Assembly: GCA_944380025.1 (NCBI GenBank)
Contig: CALWGL010000001.1
Coordinates: forward strand, 1 to 44,280
Reading direction: 5' to 3'
DNA length: 44,280 bases
DNA from: an uncultured Lachnospiraceae bacterium
GTDB taxonomy: Bacteria; Bacillota; Clostridia; Lachnospirales; Lachnospiraceae
The notes beneath the pieces are model-generated. The model had not been told where the DNA came from. It saw only the letters and a program-made list of their open reading frames with translations, and ran no database searches. Of the stretch, positions 9,270-18,624 are shown piece after piece. A program made the position numbers and the translations under genes. How positions within the stretch are numbered: the first letter of the stretch is position 1; every line of letters starts with the position of its first letter.

Positions 9270-10940
9270 ATGAAAAAGGCAATTCCGGTGATAATCGCGG
9301 TCGCCCTTATTTTTGTGATTGTCGCCATTACATTCGGGAGAAAGGCTGTGGAGCATTTTTCCTATTCCAAGGAACGGATGGATCTGAACGGATATTTCGG
9401 GCTGGAGGCGTCGGATGAGGCCGCGCTGGTGCTCAATGACGAGATCCTGGAGGAAAAGGGCGTCATAAAGGACGGAAGGTGCTATCTGGATCTGGATACG
9501 GTGCACGCCATCCTGAACGACCGGTTTTATGCGGACTGCAATGAGGGGTGGCTGCTGTACACCACGCCGGACGAGATCCTGTACGCCAGGGCCGGGGAGA
9601 CCGGACCGGACGGCTATGTGCCTGCTTTTCTGGAAGACGGCGTGATGTATGCGGCGCTGGACTATGTGAAAAAGTATACGAATTTTTCCTATACCTGGTA
9701 TACGGAGCCGAACCGGGTGGTGATGACCACGGTATGGGATGAGCATCAGACGGCGGATATCAGAAAGGATACAGCGGTCCGTTATCAGGGCGGGATCAAG
9801 AGCGATATCCTGACCGAGGTCAGCGCCGGAGATCCGGTCGTGGTGCTGGAGACCATGGAGACCTGGAGCAAGGTGGCCACGCGGGACGGATTTATCGGTT
9901 ATGTGGAGAATAAGCGTCTGGAAAACGCGCGCAGCGAGACGCTGATTCCCGTGACGGATTATGAGGAGCCGGAATACACTTCCATCCGCCGGGATCACAG
10001 GATCAGCCTTGGCTGGCATCAGGTGACCAGCGAGTCGGCGAATTCCACGCTTTCCGAGGTGCTTGAAGGGACGGACGGGATGAATGTGATTTCTCCCACC
10101 TGGTTTTTCCTGAGCGATGATGAGGGAAGCTTTGTCAGCATTGGAAGCAGCTCCTATGTGCAGGAAGCGCATGACAGAGGGCTTGAAGTGTGGGTGCTTG
10201 TGGACAACTTCACCTATGATGTGGATACCAGGGAGATCCTTTCTCATACCAGCCGACGGCAGAAGCTGATCGAAGGCCTGGTGGAGGAGGCTCTGTCTCT
10301 CGGCGCGGACGGGATCAATGTGGACTTTGAGCAGGTACCCGAAGATGCGGGGGAGGATTACATCGAATTTCTGCGGGAACTGTCCATTCCCTGCCGCGCG
10401 AACGGGCTGGTGTTTTCGGTGGACAACTACGTGCCCAGAAATTATAATTCCCATTACCACTGGAAGGAGCAGGGGGTGGTGGCGGATTATGTGATCATCA
10501 TGGGATATGACGAGCACTACGGCGGTTCTCAGGAGACGGGGAGCGTGGCCTCCATCGGTTATGTGGAGGAGGGGATCAGCACCATGCTCCAGTACGTCCC
10601 GGCTGAAAAGGTGATCAATGCGGTGCCTTTCTATACCCGTATCTGGGAGACCGGAGCGGAAGGCGTAAAGAGTCAGGCGGTCGGGATGACCGCGGCGGAG
10701 AATTTTCTTTCGCAGCGCGGGATCGAGCCGGTATGGGACGAGGCGACCTGCCAGAATTACGCGGAGTTTGAGGAGGACAGCGCTTTCTTCCAGGTGTGGC
10801 TGGAGGATGAACAGTCCCTGCGGGCAAAGCTTCAGGTGATGGAAAAATACGGCATCGGCGGCGCGGCAGCGTGGAAGCTGGGGTACGAAGCCGGACATCC
10901 GGAGATCTGGGCCGCGATCTCGGATTTCGCAGACAGCTGA
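9270..10940 (+). CDS. GH18 glycosyl hydrolase with SH3-like domain and N-terminal membrane anchor (spore cortex/peptidoglycan or chitinase-like)
   Basis: Catalytic DGINVDFE, ISPTWF, IMGYDEH, AAWKLG; SH3b-like WSKVATRDGFIGYV; AGGAGG RBS. Confidence 0.85.
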   Translation: MKKAIPVIIAVALIFVIVAITFGRKAVEHFSYSKERMDLNGYFGLEASDEAALVLNDEILEEKGVIKDGRCYLDLDTVHAILNDRFYADCNEGWLLYTTPDEILYARAGETGPDGYVPAFLEDGVMYAALDYVKKYTNFSYTWYTEPNRVVMTTVWDEHQTADIRKDTAVRYQGGIKSDILTEVSAGDPVVVLETMETWSKVATRDGFIGYVENKRLENARSETLIPVTDYEEPEYTSIRRDHRISLGWHQVTSESANSTLSEVLEGTDGMNVISPTWFFLSDDEGSFVSIGSSSYVQEAHDRGLEVWVLVDNFTYDVDTREILSHTSRRQKLIEGLVEEALSLGADGINVDFEQVPEDAGEDYIEFLRELSIPCRANGLVFSVDNYVPRNYNSHYHWKEQGVVADYVIIMGYDEHYGGSQETGSVASIGYVEEGISTMLQYVPAEKVINAVPFYTRIWETGAEGVKSQAVGMTAAENFLSQRGIEPVWDEATCQNYAEFEEDSAFFQVWLEDEQSLRAKLQVMEKYGIGGAAAWKLGYEAGHPEIWAAISDFADS

Positions 10941-11019
10941 CGGCCGGCCGGCGGAAGCCGCATCCGCACCGGACCGCGTTCATATACATATAAGGAAACG
11001 GACGGAACGCGGGGATTTC

Positions 11020-11739
11020 ATGAGGACGGAATTAAAGGAAGGATTGCTGAAGGGAGCGGCGACGGTTCTTGTGCTGAGCGCCGTTTTCTGGTCGGCCGGA
11101 CAGACGGCCGTTCTGGTGAACGGAGATCAGGAGGGTCTGACAGAAAGGGATAGGTTCTGCGTGGTGATCGACGCGGGGCACGGAGGCGTGGACCCGGGGA
11201 AGGTGGGCGGCAGGGGGGAGCTGGAAAAGGAGATCAACCTGAAGATCGCGGAAAAGCTGAGGATGTTTCTGGAGGCTTCCGATGTGAGGGTGGTGATGAC
11301 CAGGACCACGGACACGGGACTGTATGATGAGAATTCTTCCAATAAAAAGGTGCAGGATATGAAGCAGCGCGTGCAGATCATTGAGGAAGCGCAGCCGAAT
11401 ATCGCTGTGAGCATTCACCAGAACAGCTATGAGGAGGAGAATGTGAAGGGCGCGCAGGTTTTTTTCTATAAGGACAGCGCGGCCGGAAGGTCTGCGGCGG
11501 AGCTGATCCAGGAGCGCCTGGCGGAAAAGCTGGATCCGGAAAATCACAGGGCGGCGAAGGCGAACGACAGTTATTACCTTCTGAAAAAGACGGGGCGGCC
11601 GCTGGTCATTGTGGAATGCGGCTTCCTTTCCAACGGGGCGGAGGCGGTGAAGCTTTCCGACGATTATTATCAGGAGAAGCTGGCCTGGCATATCCATATG
11701 GCTCTGATGGAGTTCCTGAACTGCGGCGGGGATTCCTGA
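11020..11739 (+). CDS. N-acetylmuramoyl-L-alanine amidase (Amidase_3, CwlD-like)
   Basis: VIDAGHGGVDPG, EKEINL, SIHQN, VIVECGFLSN. Confidence 0.9.
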   Translation: MRTELKEGLLKGAATVLVLSAVFWSAGQTAVLVNGDQEGLTERDRFCVVIDAGHGGVDPGKVGGRGELEKEINLKIAEKLRMFLEASDVRVVMTRTTDTGLYDENSSNKKVQDMKQRVQIIEEAQPNIAVSIHQNSYEEENVKGAQVFFYKDSAAGRSAAELIQERLAEKLDPENHRAAKANDSYYLLKKTGRPLVIVECGFLSNGAEAVKLSDDYYQEKLAWHIHMALMEFLNCGGDS

Positions 11740-11752
11740 ACTGCGGCGGGGG
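11713..11752 (+). repeat. 20-bp tandem duplication at amidase 3' end
   Basis: TTCCTGAACTGCGGCGGGG(A/G) x2. Confidence 0.9.
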
Positions 11753-11824
11753 ACTTTCCCGGCCGGACGGGATGTGATAAAATAGGACGAAGCGGACGCG
11801 GGACGTCCGGAAAGAAGCGGTGAG

Positions 11825-12874
11825 ATGAAGACTCTTTATGAAGTGATAGACGGCGGCAGCGGCGATGCGGAAAAGATAAAAAGGGCCGGAGAGATCCTGA
11901 AAGCGGGCGGACTTGTGGCTTTTCCGACGGAGACGGTATACGGGCTGGGAGGAGACGCGCTGAATCCCGGATCCTCCCGGAAGATCTATGCGGCCAAGGG
12001 CAGGCCTTCGGACAATCCTCTGATCGTGCATATCTGCCGTATTTCCGATCTGGAGCGGATCGCATGGGATCCGGACGGAAGAGCGGCGCGGACAGCCGAG
12101 GCCTTCTGGCCGGGGCCGCTGACCATGATCCTGAAGAAAAAGGACGTGGTCCCCATGGAGACGACCGGCGGGCTTGACACGGTGGCCGTGCGTTTCCCTT
12201 CCCATCCCGTGGCGCAGCGGCTGATCGACGCGGCGGGAGGCTTTGTGGCAGCGCCCAGCGCGAATACCTCGGGAAAGCCCAGCCCCACCAGCGCCGGCTA
12301 TGTGGCGGAGGATATGGACGGGAAGATCGATATGATCCTGGACGGCGGGGACGTGGGGATCGGTCTGGAGTCCACGATCGTGGATCTGACGGAGAAGGAG
12401 CCCATGATCCTGAGACCGGGATATGTGACGCAGGAGATGCTGACGGAGGTGCTTGGAAGGGTCGCGGTGGACCGTACCATTCTGGATGCTTCTTCGGCCG
12501 TACGGCCGAAGGCGCCCGGTAAGAAATACCGGCATTACGCGCCGAAGGGAGATCTTGCGATCGTGGAGGGAGAGCCGGAAGAAGTGATAAGGAGCATCAA
12601 CGCGTTCTGCGAAGAGGCCGGAAAGCAGGGAAAGCGGACCGGCGTGATCGCCACGGATGAAACGGCTCATTTTTATCATGCGGACAGCGTCAAGAGCGTG
12701 GGAAGCAGGCAGGATGAGGAAGCGATCGCCCACAGCCTGTACCGGATCCTGCGGGAATTTGACGACGAGGACATGCAGGTCATGTATTCGGAGGCTTTTT
12801 CTGCCCGCGGAATGGGACAGGCCATTATGAACCGCCTCCTGAAGGCGGCGGGACATCATGTGATCAAGGTATAA
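11825..12874 (+). CDS. sua5: L-threonylcarbamoyladenylate synthase (Sua5/YwlC type)
   Basis: VAFPTETVYGLG, KGRPSDNPLIVH, APSANTSG, PGKKYRHYAP plus SUA5 C-domain. Confidence 0.95.
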   Translation: MKTLYEVIDGGSGDAEKIKRAGEILKAGGLVAFPTETVYGLGGDALNPGSSRKIYAAKGRPSDNPLIVHICRISDLERIAWDPDGRAARTAEAFWPGPLTMILKKKDVVPMETTGGLDTVAVRFPSHPVAQRLIDAAGGFVAAPSANTSGKPSPTSAGYVAEDMDGKIDMILDGGDVGIGLESTIVDLTEKEPMILRPGYVTQEMLTEVLGRVAVDRTILDASSAVRPKAPGKKYRHYAPKGDLAIVEGEPEEVIRSINAFCEEAGKQGKRTGVIATDETAHFYHADSVKSVGSRQDEEAIAHSLYRILREFDDEDMQVMYSEAFSARGMGQAIMNRLLKAAGHHVIKV

Positions 12875-12901
12875 AATCAGACGGAGGGAGGATCAGACAG
12901 A

Positions 12902-13342
12902 ATGAAAATCGCACTGGGATGTGACCATGGAGGATATGCGCTGAAACAGGAGGTCATCCGTTATCTGGACGGCCGGAACCTGGAATGGGAGGATTTCGGC
13001 TGTTATTCCGAAGCTTCCTGTGATTATCCGGATTTCGGCCGGGCAGCCGCGGAAGCGGTGGCTTCCGGAAAATGCGACAGGGGGATCGTGATCTGTACGA
13101 CCGGAATCGGAATCTCCATTGTCGCCAACAAGGTGAAGGGGATCCGCTGCGCGCTCTGCGCGGACAGCGTGTCCGCAGGGCTCACAAGGGAACACAATGA
13201 TGCGAACATGCTGGCGATGGGAGCCGGGATCATCGGGAAAAATCTGGCGCTGGGCATCGTGGAGACTTTCCTGGATACGCCGTTTTCCGGAGAGGAAAAG
13301 CACGCGCGCAGGGTCGGGAAGATAACGGAGATGGAAGCGTAA
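12902..13342 (+). CDS. rpiB: Ribose-5-phosphate isomerase B
   Basis: GCDHGG, CTTGIG, ANKVKGIR, REHNDAN. Confidence 0.95.
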   Translation: MKIALGCDHGGYALKQEVIRYLDGRNLEWEDFGCYSEASCDYPDFGRAAAEAVASGKCDRGIVICTTGIGISIVANKVKGIRCALCADSVSAGLTREHNDANMLAMGAGIIGKNLALGIVETFLDTPFSGEEKHARRVGKITEMEA

Positions 13343-13343
13343 T

Positions 13344-13465
13344 ACGGAATGCCGCCTGCGGCGGCAAAAAAAGGAGGACGGCAGGAACCGGCGGTTCCTG
13401 CCAAAGAATGGCTGCCGCCATTCTTTTATAAACGGAATGCCGCCTGCGGCGGCAAAAAAGGAGGA
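13344..13465 (+). repeat. Four-hairpin leader element with terminal direct repeats, upstream of upp
   Basis: ACGGAATGCCGCCTGCGGCGGCAAAAAA(A)GGAGGA twice, 88 bp apart, enclosing two further hairpins. Confidence 0.85.
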
Positions 13466-13468
13466 AAT

Positions 13469-14098
13469 ATGTCAAAGGTAGTTATCATGGATCATCCGCT
13501 CATTCAGCATAAGATCGGGTATATCAGAAGGATCGAGACGGGAACGAAGGATTTCAGGCAGACCATCGGGGAGATCGCCACGCTGATCTGTTATGAGGCG
13601 ACCAGGAACCTGCCGCTTTCGGAAGTGGAGATCACTACGCCGATCTGCAAAACGACAGTGAAGGAGCTTCAGGGAAAGAAGATGGCGATTGTGCCGATCC
13701 TGCGCGCCGGCCTGGGCATGGTGGATGGCATGCTGAACCTGATCCCTGCGGCAAAGGTTGGCCATATCGGCCTGTACCGGGATCCGCAGACGCTGGAGCC
13801 GGTGGAATACTACTGCAAGCTTCCGGCGGACTGTGCGGAGAGAGAGGTTTTCGTGGTGGATCCCATGCTTGCCACCGGAGGCTCCTCGGCTGCCGCTATC
13901 CGGATGCTGAAGGAAAAGGGCTGCAAAAAGATCCATTTCATGTGCATCATCGCCGCGCCGGAAGGAATCGCGCGGATGCAGAAGGAGCATCCGGACGTGG
14001 ATCTTTACGTGGGAGCGCTGGATGAAAAGCTGAATGACCATGGTTATATCGTGCCCGGACTGGGAGACGCGGGAGACAGGATCTTCGGAACGAAGTAA
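13469..14098 (+). CDS. upp: Uracil phosphoribosyltransferase
   Basis: [40 protein letters not shown]; ATG 13469 behind AGGAGG. Confidence 0.97.
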   Translation: MSKVVIMDHPLIQHKIGYIRRIETGTKDFRQTIGEIATLICYEATRNLPLSEVEITTPICKTTVKELQGKKMAIVPILRAGLGMVDGMLNLIPAAKVGHIGLYRDPQTLEPVEYYCKLPADCAEREVFVVDPMLATGGSSAAAIRMLKEKGCKKIHFMCIIAAPEGIARMQKEHPDVDLYVGALDEKLNDHGYIVPGLGDAGDRIFGTK

Positions 14099-14109
14099 GA
14101 GGAGCGGTC

Positions 14110-14589
14110 ATGAAGAGACAGGATTATATCACATGGGATGAGTATTTTATGGGAGTGGCCAAGCTGTCGGGGATGCGTTCCAAGGATCCGAACACGCAGG
14201 TGGGCGCCTGTATCGTCAGCAGCGACAACAAGATTCTGTCCATGGGCTACAACGGATTTCCCATCGGCTGTTCGGACGATGAATTCCCGTGGGACAAGTA
14301 CGGAGAGGAAGAGGATACCAAATATCCTTATGTGACGCACAGCGAGCTGAACGCTATTCTGAATTACCGGGGCGGCAGCCTTGCGGGAGCCAGGCTGTAT
14401 GTTTCTCTGTTTCCCTGCAACGAGTGCGCGAAGGCCATCATCCAGAGCGGGATCCGGGAGATCGTCTACGAGTGTGACAAGTATGCGGATACGCCTTCCG
14501 TGCGCGCGTCCAAGCGGATGCTGGACGCGGCGGGAGTGTATTACCGGAAGTATGAACCGGCGGGACGGAACATAACGATCTCGCTGTAA
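14110..14589 (+). CDS. dCMP deaminase family protein
   Basis: RSKDPNTQVGACIV, GYNG, HSELNAI, PCNECAK zinc motifs. Confidence 0.93.
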   Translation: MKRQDYITWDEYFMGVAKLSGMRSKDPNTQVGACIVSSDNKILSMGYNGFPIGCSDDEFPWDKYGEEEDTKYPYVTHSELNAILNYRGGSLAGARLYVSLFPCNECAKAIIQSGIREIVYECDKYADTPSVRASKRMLDAAGVYYRKYEPAGRNITISL

Positions 14590-14614
14590 AGGGACCGGTA
14601 CGGGCAAGAGGAGA

Positions 14615-15781
14615 ATGCGGATGATAAAAAAGGGCAGACGCAGGCTGATCGCGGGGATCACCGCGCTGATCATGCTTACGGTCTCCGCTGTGGGCGCCGA
14701 GGCCACTTCAGATACCAGAAAGCAGCTGGAAGACGCGAAGGAGGAGCGGGAGGCGACGCAGGATCAGAAGGATGCGCAGGAGGAAAACATCTCCAGCATG
14801 GAGGAAGTCCAGAGCGGCCTTCAGGGAGAACTGAGCAGCCTGAACAGCCAGCTGGCCGTGGTGAGCGGGAACCTGGAAGAGATCGAGAACAACATCATAG
14901 CCAAAAACGAGGAGATCGAAATCACCCGGGCGGAGCTGGAAGAAGCAAAGGCGACGGAGGACAGACAGTATCTCTGCCTGAAGAAAAGGATCCAGTATTC
15001 TTACGAAAAGAGCAGTACCTCTTATCTGGAGGCCGTCCTTTCGGCAAAGTCCCTGGGCGAAGTCCTGAACATGACGGAATATTTTTCCCAGATGGCGGCC
15101 TACGACCAGAGGATGCTGGCGGAATATAAGGCGGCGAGGGAAGCGGTGGAGGAAAAAGAGGCGCAGCTGGAGGAGGAGATGAGCCAGCTGGAGGAAATGC
15201 AGGCGTCCGCGGAGGCGGAGCAGGAACGTTTTTCGGGGCTGATCAGCCAGACCCAGGGAAGCATCGCCGCCTATTCCGACCAGATCGCCAGTGCGGAGGC
15301 ACAGGTGGAGGCTCTGGAAGCACAGCTCGCCGCCCAGGATGAAAACATTGAAGCGCTGCAGAAGAAACTGGAGGAGGAGATCCGCAAATCGCGTCTGGCG
15401 GCCCAGTCCAGCTGGCGGGATATCTCAGAGGTGAGTTTTACGGATGGGGACAGATATCTGCTGGCGAATCTGATCTACTGTGAGGCGGGGGGAGAACCCT
15501 ATGAAGGCCAGGTGGCTGTAGGGGCCGTGGTGATCAACCGGGTACTCAGCTCCGTATTCCCCAATACCGTGTCCGGCGTCATTTATCAGAGCGGACAGTT
15601 TGAACCGGTATCCACGGGGCGGCTGGCGCTTGCGCTGGCAGAGGACCGGGCCACGGACAGCTGCTACCGTGCCGCTGACGAAGCCATGAGCGGCGTTACC
15701 AATGTGGGAACCTGCGTATTCTTCCGTACGCCCATCCCTGGACTGGAGGGGATCAATATCGGAGGGCATGTGTTCTATTAA
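14615..15781 (+). CDS. Secreted cell-wall hydrolase (Hydrolase_2/SleB-like C-domain, PcsB-like coiled coil)
   Basis: Signal peptide, long coiled coil, LANLIYCEAGGEPYEGQVAVGAVVINRV..FPNTVSGVIYQSGQF..IGGHVF. Confidence 0.88.
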   Translation: MRMIKKGRRRLIAGITALIMLTVSAVGAEATSDTRKQLEDAKEEREATQDQKDAQEENISSMEEVQSGLQGELSSLNSQLAVVSGNLEEIENNIIAKNEEIEITRAELEEAKATEDRQYLCLKKRIQYSYEKSSTSYLEAVLSAKSLGEVLNMTEYFSQMAAYDQRMLAEYKAAREAVEEKEAQLEEEMSQLEEMQASAEAEQERFSGLISQTQGSIAAYSDQIASAEAQVEALEAQLAAQDENIEALQKKLEEEIRKSRLAAQSSWRDISEVSFTDGDRYLLANLIYCEAGGEPYEGQVAVGAVVINRVLSSVFPNTVSGVIYQSGQFEPVSTGRLALALAEDRATDSCYRAADEAMSGVTNVGTCVFFRTPIPGLEGINIGGHVFY

Positions 15782-16257
15782 GACAGGAAAGGATCCATCG
15801 GACGGGAAAGCTCGGAAAGGTTTCCGGCGTAAATCTCCTGCAGAAGTCCGCTCAGAGAACGCAGTGCCGTCCGCAGAAGGGGGATGTCAAGAACGCCGGC
15901 CTCCAGCGCGTCGGCCATTTCTTCCAGATCTACGACCTTGACGAAGCCGTCCGGGTAAACGATCACATCTGCGAGGAGGTCGGTGACTGTAAGAGAGGCG
16001 GCAGCCGGATCATATTCAGAGGAAATGATATCGCAGTAATGATAGAGGAGCGTGTTGTCGGCGGCATAAAAGCGGCTGACCTTAAAACCCCTCTCCAGAT
16101 AATAACAGGAGAAGCCATGGCTGAGATCCGGCCGTGGCTTCAGCGCTTTCCAGGAGGTGACCAGAAGGCCGGGTTCGTTCACAAGAATGACATCATCCTT
16201 CAGGCGCACACATTCCTCCGGGATCAGACGTCTTCGGTACAGAGCGGAAATATTCAT
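15778..16257 (-). CDS. DUF402 domain protein
   Basis: YCDII..TDLLADVIVYPDGFVKVVDLEE motif; ATG 16257 behind AGGAGG. Confidence 0.8.
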   Translation of the reverse strand: MNISALYRRRLIPEECVRLKDDVILVNEPGLLVTSWKALKPRPDLSHGFSCYYLERGFKVSRFYAADNTLLYHYCDIISSEYDPAAASLTVTDLLADVIVYPDGFVKVVDLEEMADALEAGVLDIPLLRTALRSLSGLLQEIYAGNLSELSRPMDPFLS

Positions 16258-16372
16258 GTGCCCCTCCTGTTCTGCGCGTTCTTCGCTGCCGGATATGGCT
16301 GCTGTCCGGTCAGGCCTGCGCGGCAAATGCGCAGACCTTCCCCTCGCTGAGTAGTAAATGGATATGTTCTGA

Positions 16373-16401
16373 ATCTTACGCTTTTTATGGAAAAATGTCA
16401 A
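16373..16401 (-). promoter_or_regulatory. Sigma-A promoter of DUF402 gene; divergent TATAAT for MoxR operon at 16411-16416
   Basis: TTGACA-17 bp-TAAGAT. Confidence 0.65.
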
Positions 16402-16519
16402 TGAAAACGGTATAATCAGATCAGATGCAGATCAGATGGCTGGATGCCGTTACTGTTCTGCCGAAGGCTGAACAGTAACACTATTCAGCCTTCGGATCCG
16501 GAAAGGGAGTGGTGCGAGG

Positions 16520-17461
16520 ATGCGGGAAGAAATACAGAAGGTCATGGAAAATATGGGTAAGGTCATCATCGGCAGGGAGGCGGTCGTGACAAAGCTGTTC
16601 GCCGCCCTTCTGGCGGACGGACATGTGCTCCTGGAGGATGTGCCGGGTACGGGAAAGACAAAGCTGGCAAGATCGCTTGCCGCGTCGGTGGGGATCCGGA
16701 TGAGCAGGATCCAGTTTACGCCGGACATGCTGCCGGCGGATATTACGGGACTTCATGTATACAGTCGGGAAAGCGAGCGATTTGAATTAAAGAAGGGACC
16801 TGTTTTTACCAATATCCTTCTTGCGGATGAGATCAACCGGGCCACGCCGAGAACGCAGGCCGGCCTGCTGGAGTGCATGGAGGAAAGACAGGTCACCATA
16901 GACGGGGAGACCATGGAGCTGGATCGGCCCTTTTTTGTCATTGCCACGCAGAATCCGGTGGAAACGGCAGGGACCTTTCCTCTTCCGGAAGCGCAGACAG
17001 ACCGTTTTATGATGAAGCTGTCCATGGGCTTCCCGGACCGGGAGGAGGAAATGGCCATTCTGCAGACCTACAGCCAAAGGGATCCGCTGGAAGAGCTTCA
17101 GCCCGTGATGACGAAGGAGCAGCTTCTTTCCCTGAAGGAGGAAGCGCAGAGGGTCTATGTCCATCCTCTGGTCGCCGGTTATCTGGCGGATCTCGCGGCG
17201 GAGACCAGAAAACAGGACAGGGTCGCCATGGGCGTAAGTCCCAGAGGGACGCTTGCGCTGATGCGGGCGGCGAAGGCGCTGGCCTGTATGGAAGAAAGGG
17301 ATTATCTGATCCCGGATGATGTGAAGGCGCTGGCGCCGGATGTGCTTTCCCACAGACTCATTTTTGCGTATGGCGGCAGACAGGAAGAAGCGAAGGGACT
17401 GATGGAGGAGATCCTTTCCCGGGTGCCCGTGCCTGTGGAGGATTTCGGCAGGAGAGGATAG
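16520..17461 (+). CDS. MoxR family AAA+ ATPase
   Basis: HVLLEDVPGTGKT, RIQFTPDMLPADITG, LADEINRA, ATQNP. Confidence 0.95.
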   Translation: MREEIQKVMENMGKVIIGREAVVTKLFAALLADGHVLLEDVPGTGKTKLARSLAASVGIRMSRIQFTPDMLPADITGLHVYSRESERFELKKGPVFTNILLADEINRATPRTQAGLLECMEERQVTIDGETMELDRPFFVIATQNPVETAGTFPLPEAQTDRFMMKLSMGFPDREEEMAILQTYSQRDPLEELQPVMTKEQLLSLKEEAQRVYVHPLVAGYLADLAAETRKQDRVAMGVSPRGTLALMRAAKALACMEERDYLIPDDVKALAPDVLSHRLIFAYGGRQEEAKGLMEEILSRVPVPVEDFGRRG

Positions 17462-17478
17462 CCTTCTGCCGTTCGGGA

Positions 17479-18624
17479 ATGGGGATTGATATGCTGATTA
17501 TATGGATCGGACTGGGAGCGGCAGCCTTCTTTTTTCTGCAGGCATGGATCTATGGGCGGTTCTGGGACAGAGGGCTTTCCGCCAGGCTTTTTTTCTCCGC
17601 GCAGAGCGTGACGGAGGGAGAACGGTGTTTTCTGTCGGAACAGGTGGAAAACCGGAAGGCGCTGCCGCTTCCCATGCTCAAGGTAAAATTTCAGGTTTCC
17701 AGGAAACTGCATTTTGAGGATGAAGGGGACAGCGCGGTGACGGATCAGTATTACCGCAACGATATCCTGTCGCTGGGGCCGCATCAGCGGCTGACCAGAA
17801 GGATACCCTTCCGCTGTACGGCGAGAGGCTATTATCGGATCGAGGGGCTGGATCTGGTGGCTTCGGATCTGTTTCTGAGCAGGGAGATGGTATCGGAGAC
17901 CGGAGCGGAGAGCGTTCTGTACGTCTACCCCGCGCCTGTGCGGGGAGCCTCGCTGGATGCTGCCATACGCAGGCTGAACGGGGAGATCCTGGCGAAGCGG
18001 CATCTGCTGGAGGATCCCTTTGAATACAGGGGACTCAGGGAATATGCCCCCTTTGACGAACCCAGGTCGATCAACTGGAAAGCGACGGCAAGGACCGGGG
18101 ACCTGACGGTGAATCTGCGCGGTTATACGGCTCTGCGGGCGGTCCGGATCTTTCTGAACCTGGATGACAGGGGGATCTGGAAACGGCAGGAACTTCTGGA
18201 ACTGTGCATCCGTATCGCGGCAAGGATCGCGCAGGAGCTTCTGAGGCAGGGGATCCGGACGGCCGTCTTCTGCAACGCCAGAGATGTGCTCACGGGAGAG
18301 GTGATGCGTCTGGCTCCGGGAGCGGGGGCAGGGCATCTGGAGCAGCTGAACCGGGCGCTTGCCAGGCTGGATCTGGACCGGGAAGCGCCCCTCTTTGAGG
18401 AAACCTTTGCGGCGGAGCTGGAAGCGGAGGGAAAGGATACCGCCTCGCTGTTCCTTTCCGCACAGACGGATGAGGATTTTCAGAGACTGCTGGAACGGTT
18501 TTCCCGTTCCGGCGCGGAGTTCACCTGGATGTGTCCGCTTTTTCCCAGAATGGAAAGCGGTGTTTCGCAGCCGGAACGCCTGCATTTTGTGCGGCTGAAC
18601 GCGGAGGAGATGCTGAATGAATGA
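17479..18624 (+). CDS. DUF58 domain protein
   Basis: GLREYAPFDEPRSINWKATAR motif, RGYY, N-terminal TM; follows MoxR; start could be 17491. Confidence 0.88.
   Translation: MGIDMLIIWIGLGAAAFFFLQAWIYGRFWDRGLSARLFFSAQSVTEGERCFLSEQVENRKALPLPMLKVKFQVSRKLHFEDEGDSAVTDQYYRNDILSLGPHQRLTRRIPFRCTARGYYRIEGLDLVASDLFLSREMVSETGAESVLYVYPAPVRGASLDAAIRRLNGEILAKRHLLEDPFEYRGLREYAPFDEPRSINWKATARTGDLTVNLRGYTALRAVRIFLNLDDRGIWKRQELLELCIRIAARIAQELLRQGIRTAVFCNARDVLTGEVMRLAPGAGAGHLEQLNRALARLDLDREAPLFEETFAAELEAEGKDTASLFLSAQTDEDFQRLLERFSRSGAEFTWMCPLFPRMESGVSQPERLHFVRLNAEEMLNE

Noticed and set aside
13344-13465. Repeat-spacer-repeat as a mini CRISPR array
   Set aside because: Only two repeats per locus, the ~55-bp spacers are structured and similar in layout between loci, no cas genes are present, and the repeat ends in the RBS
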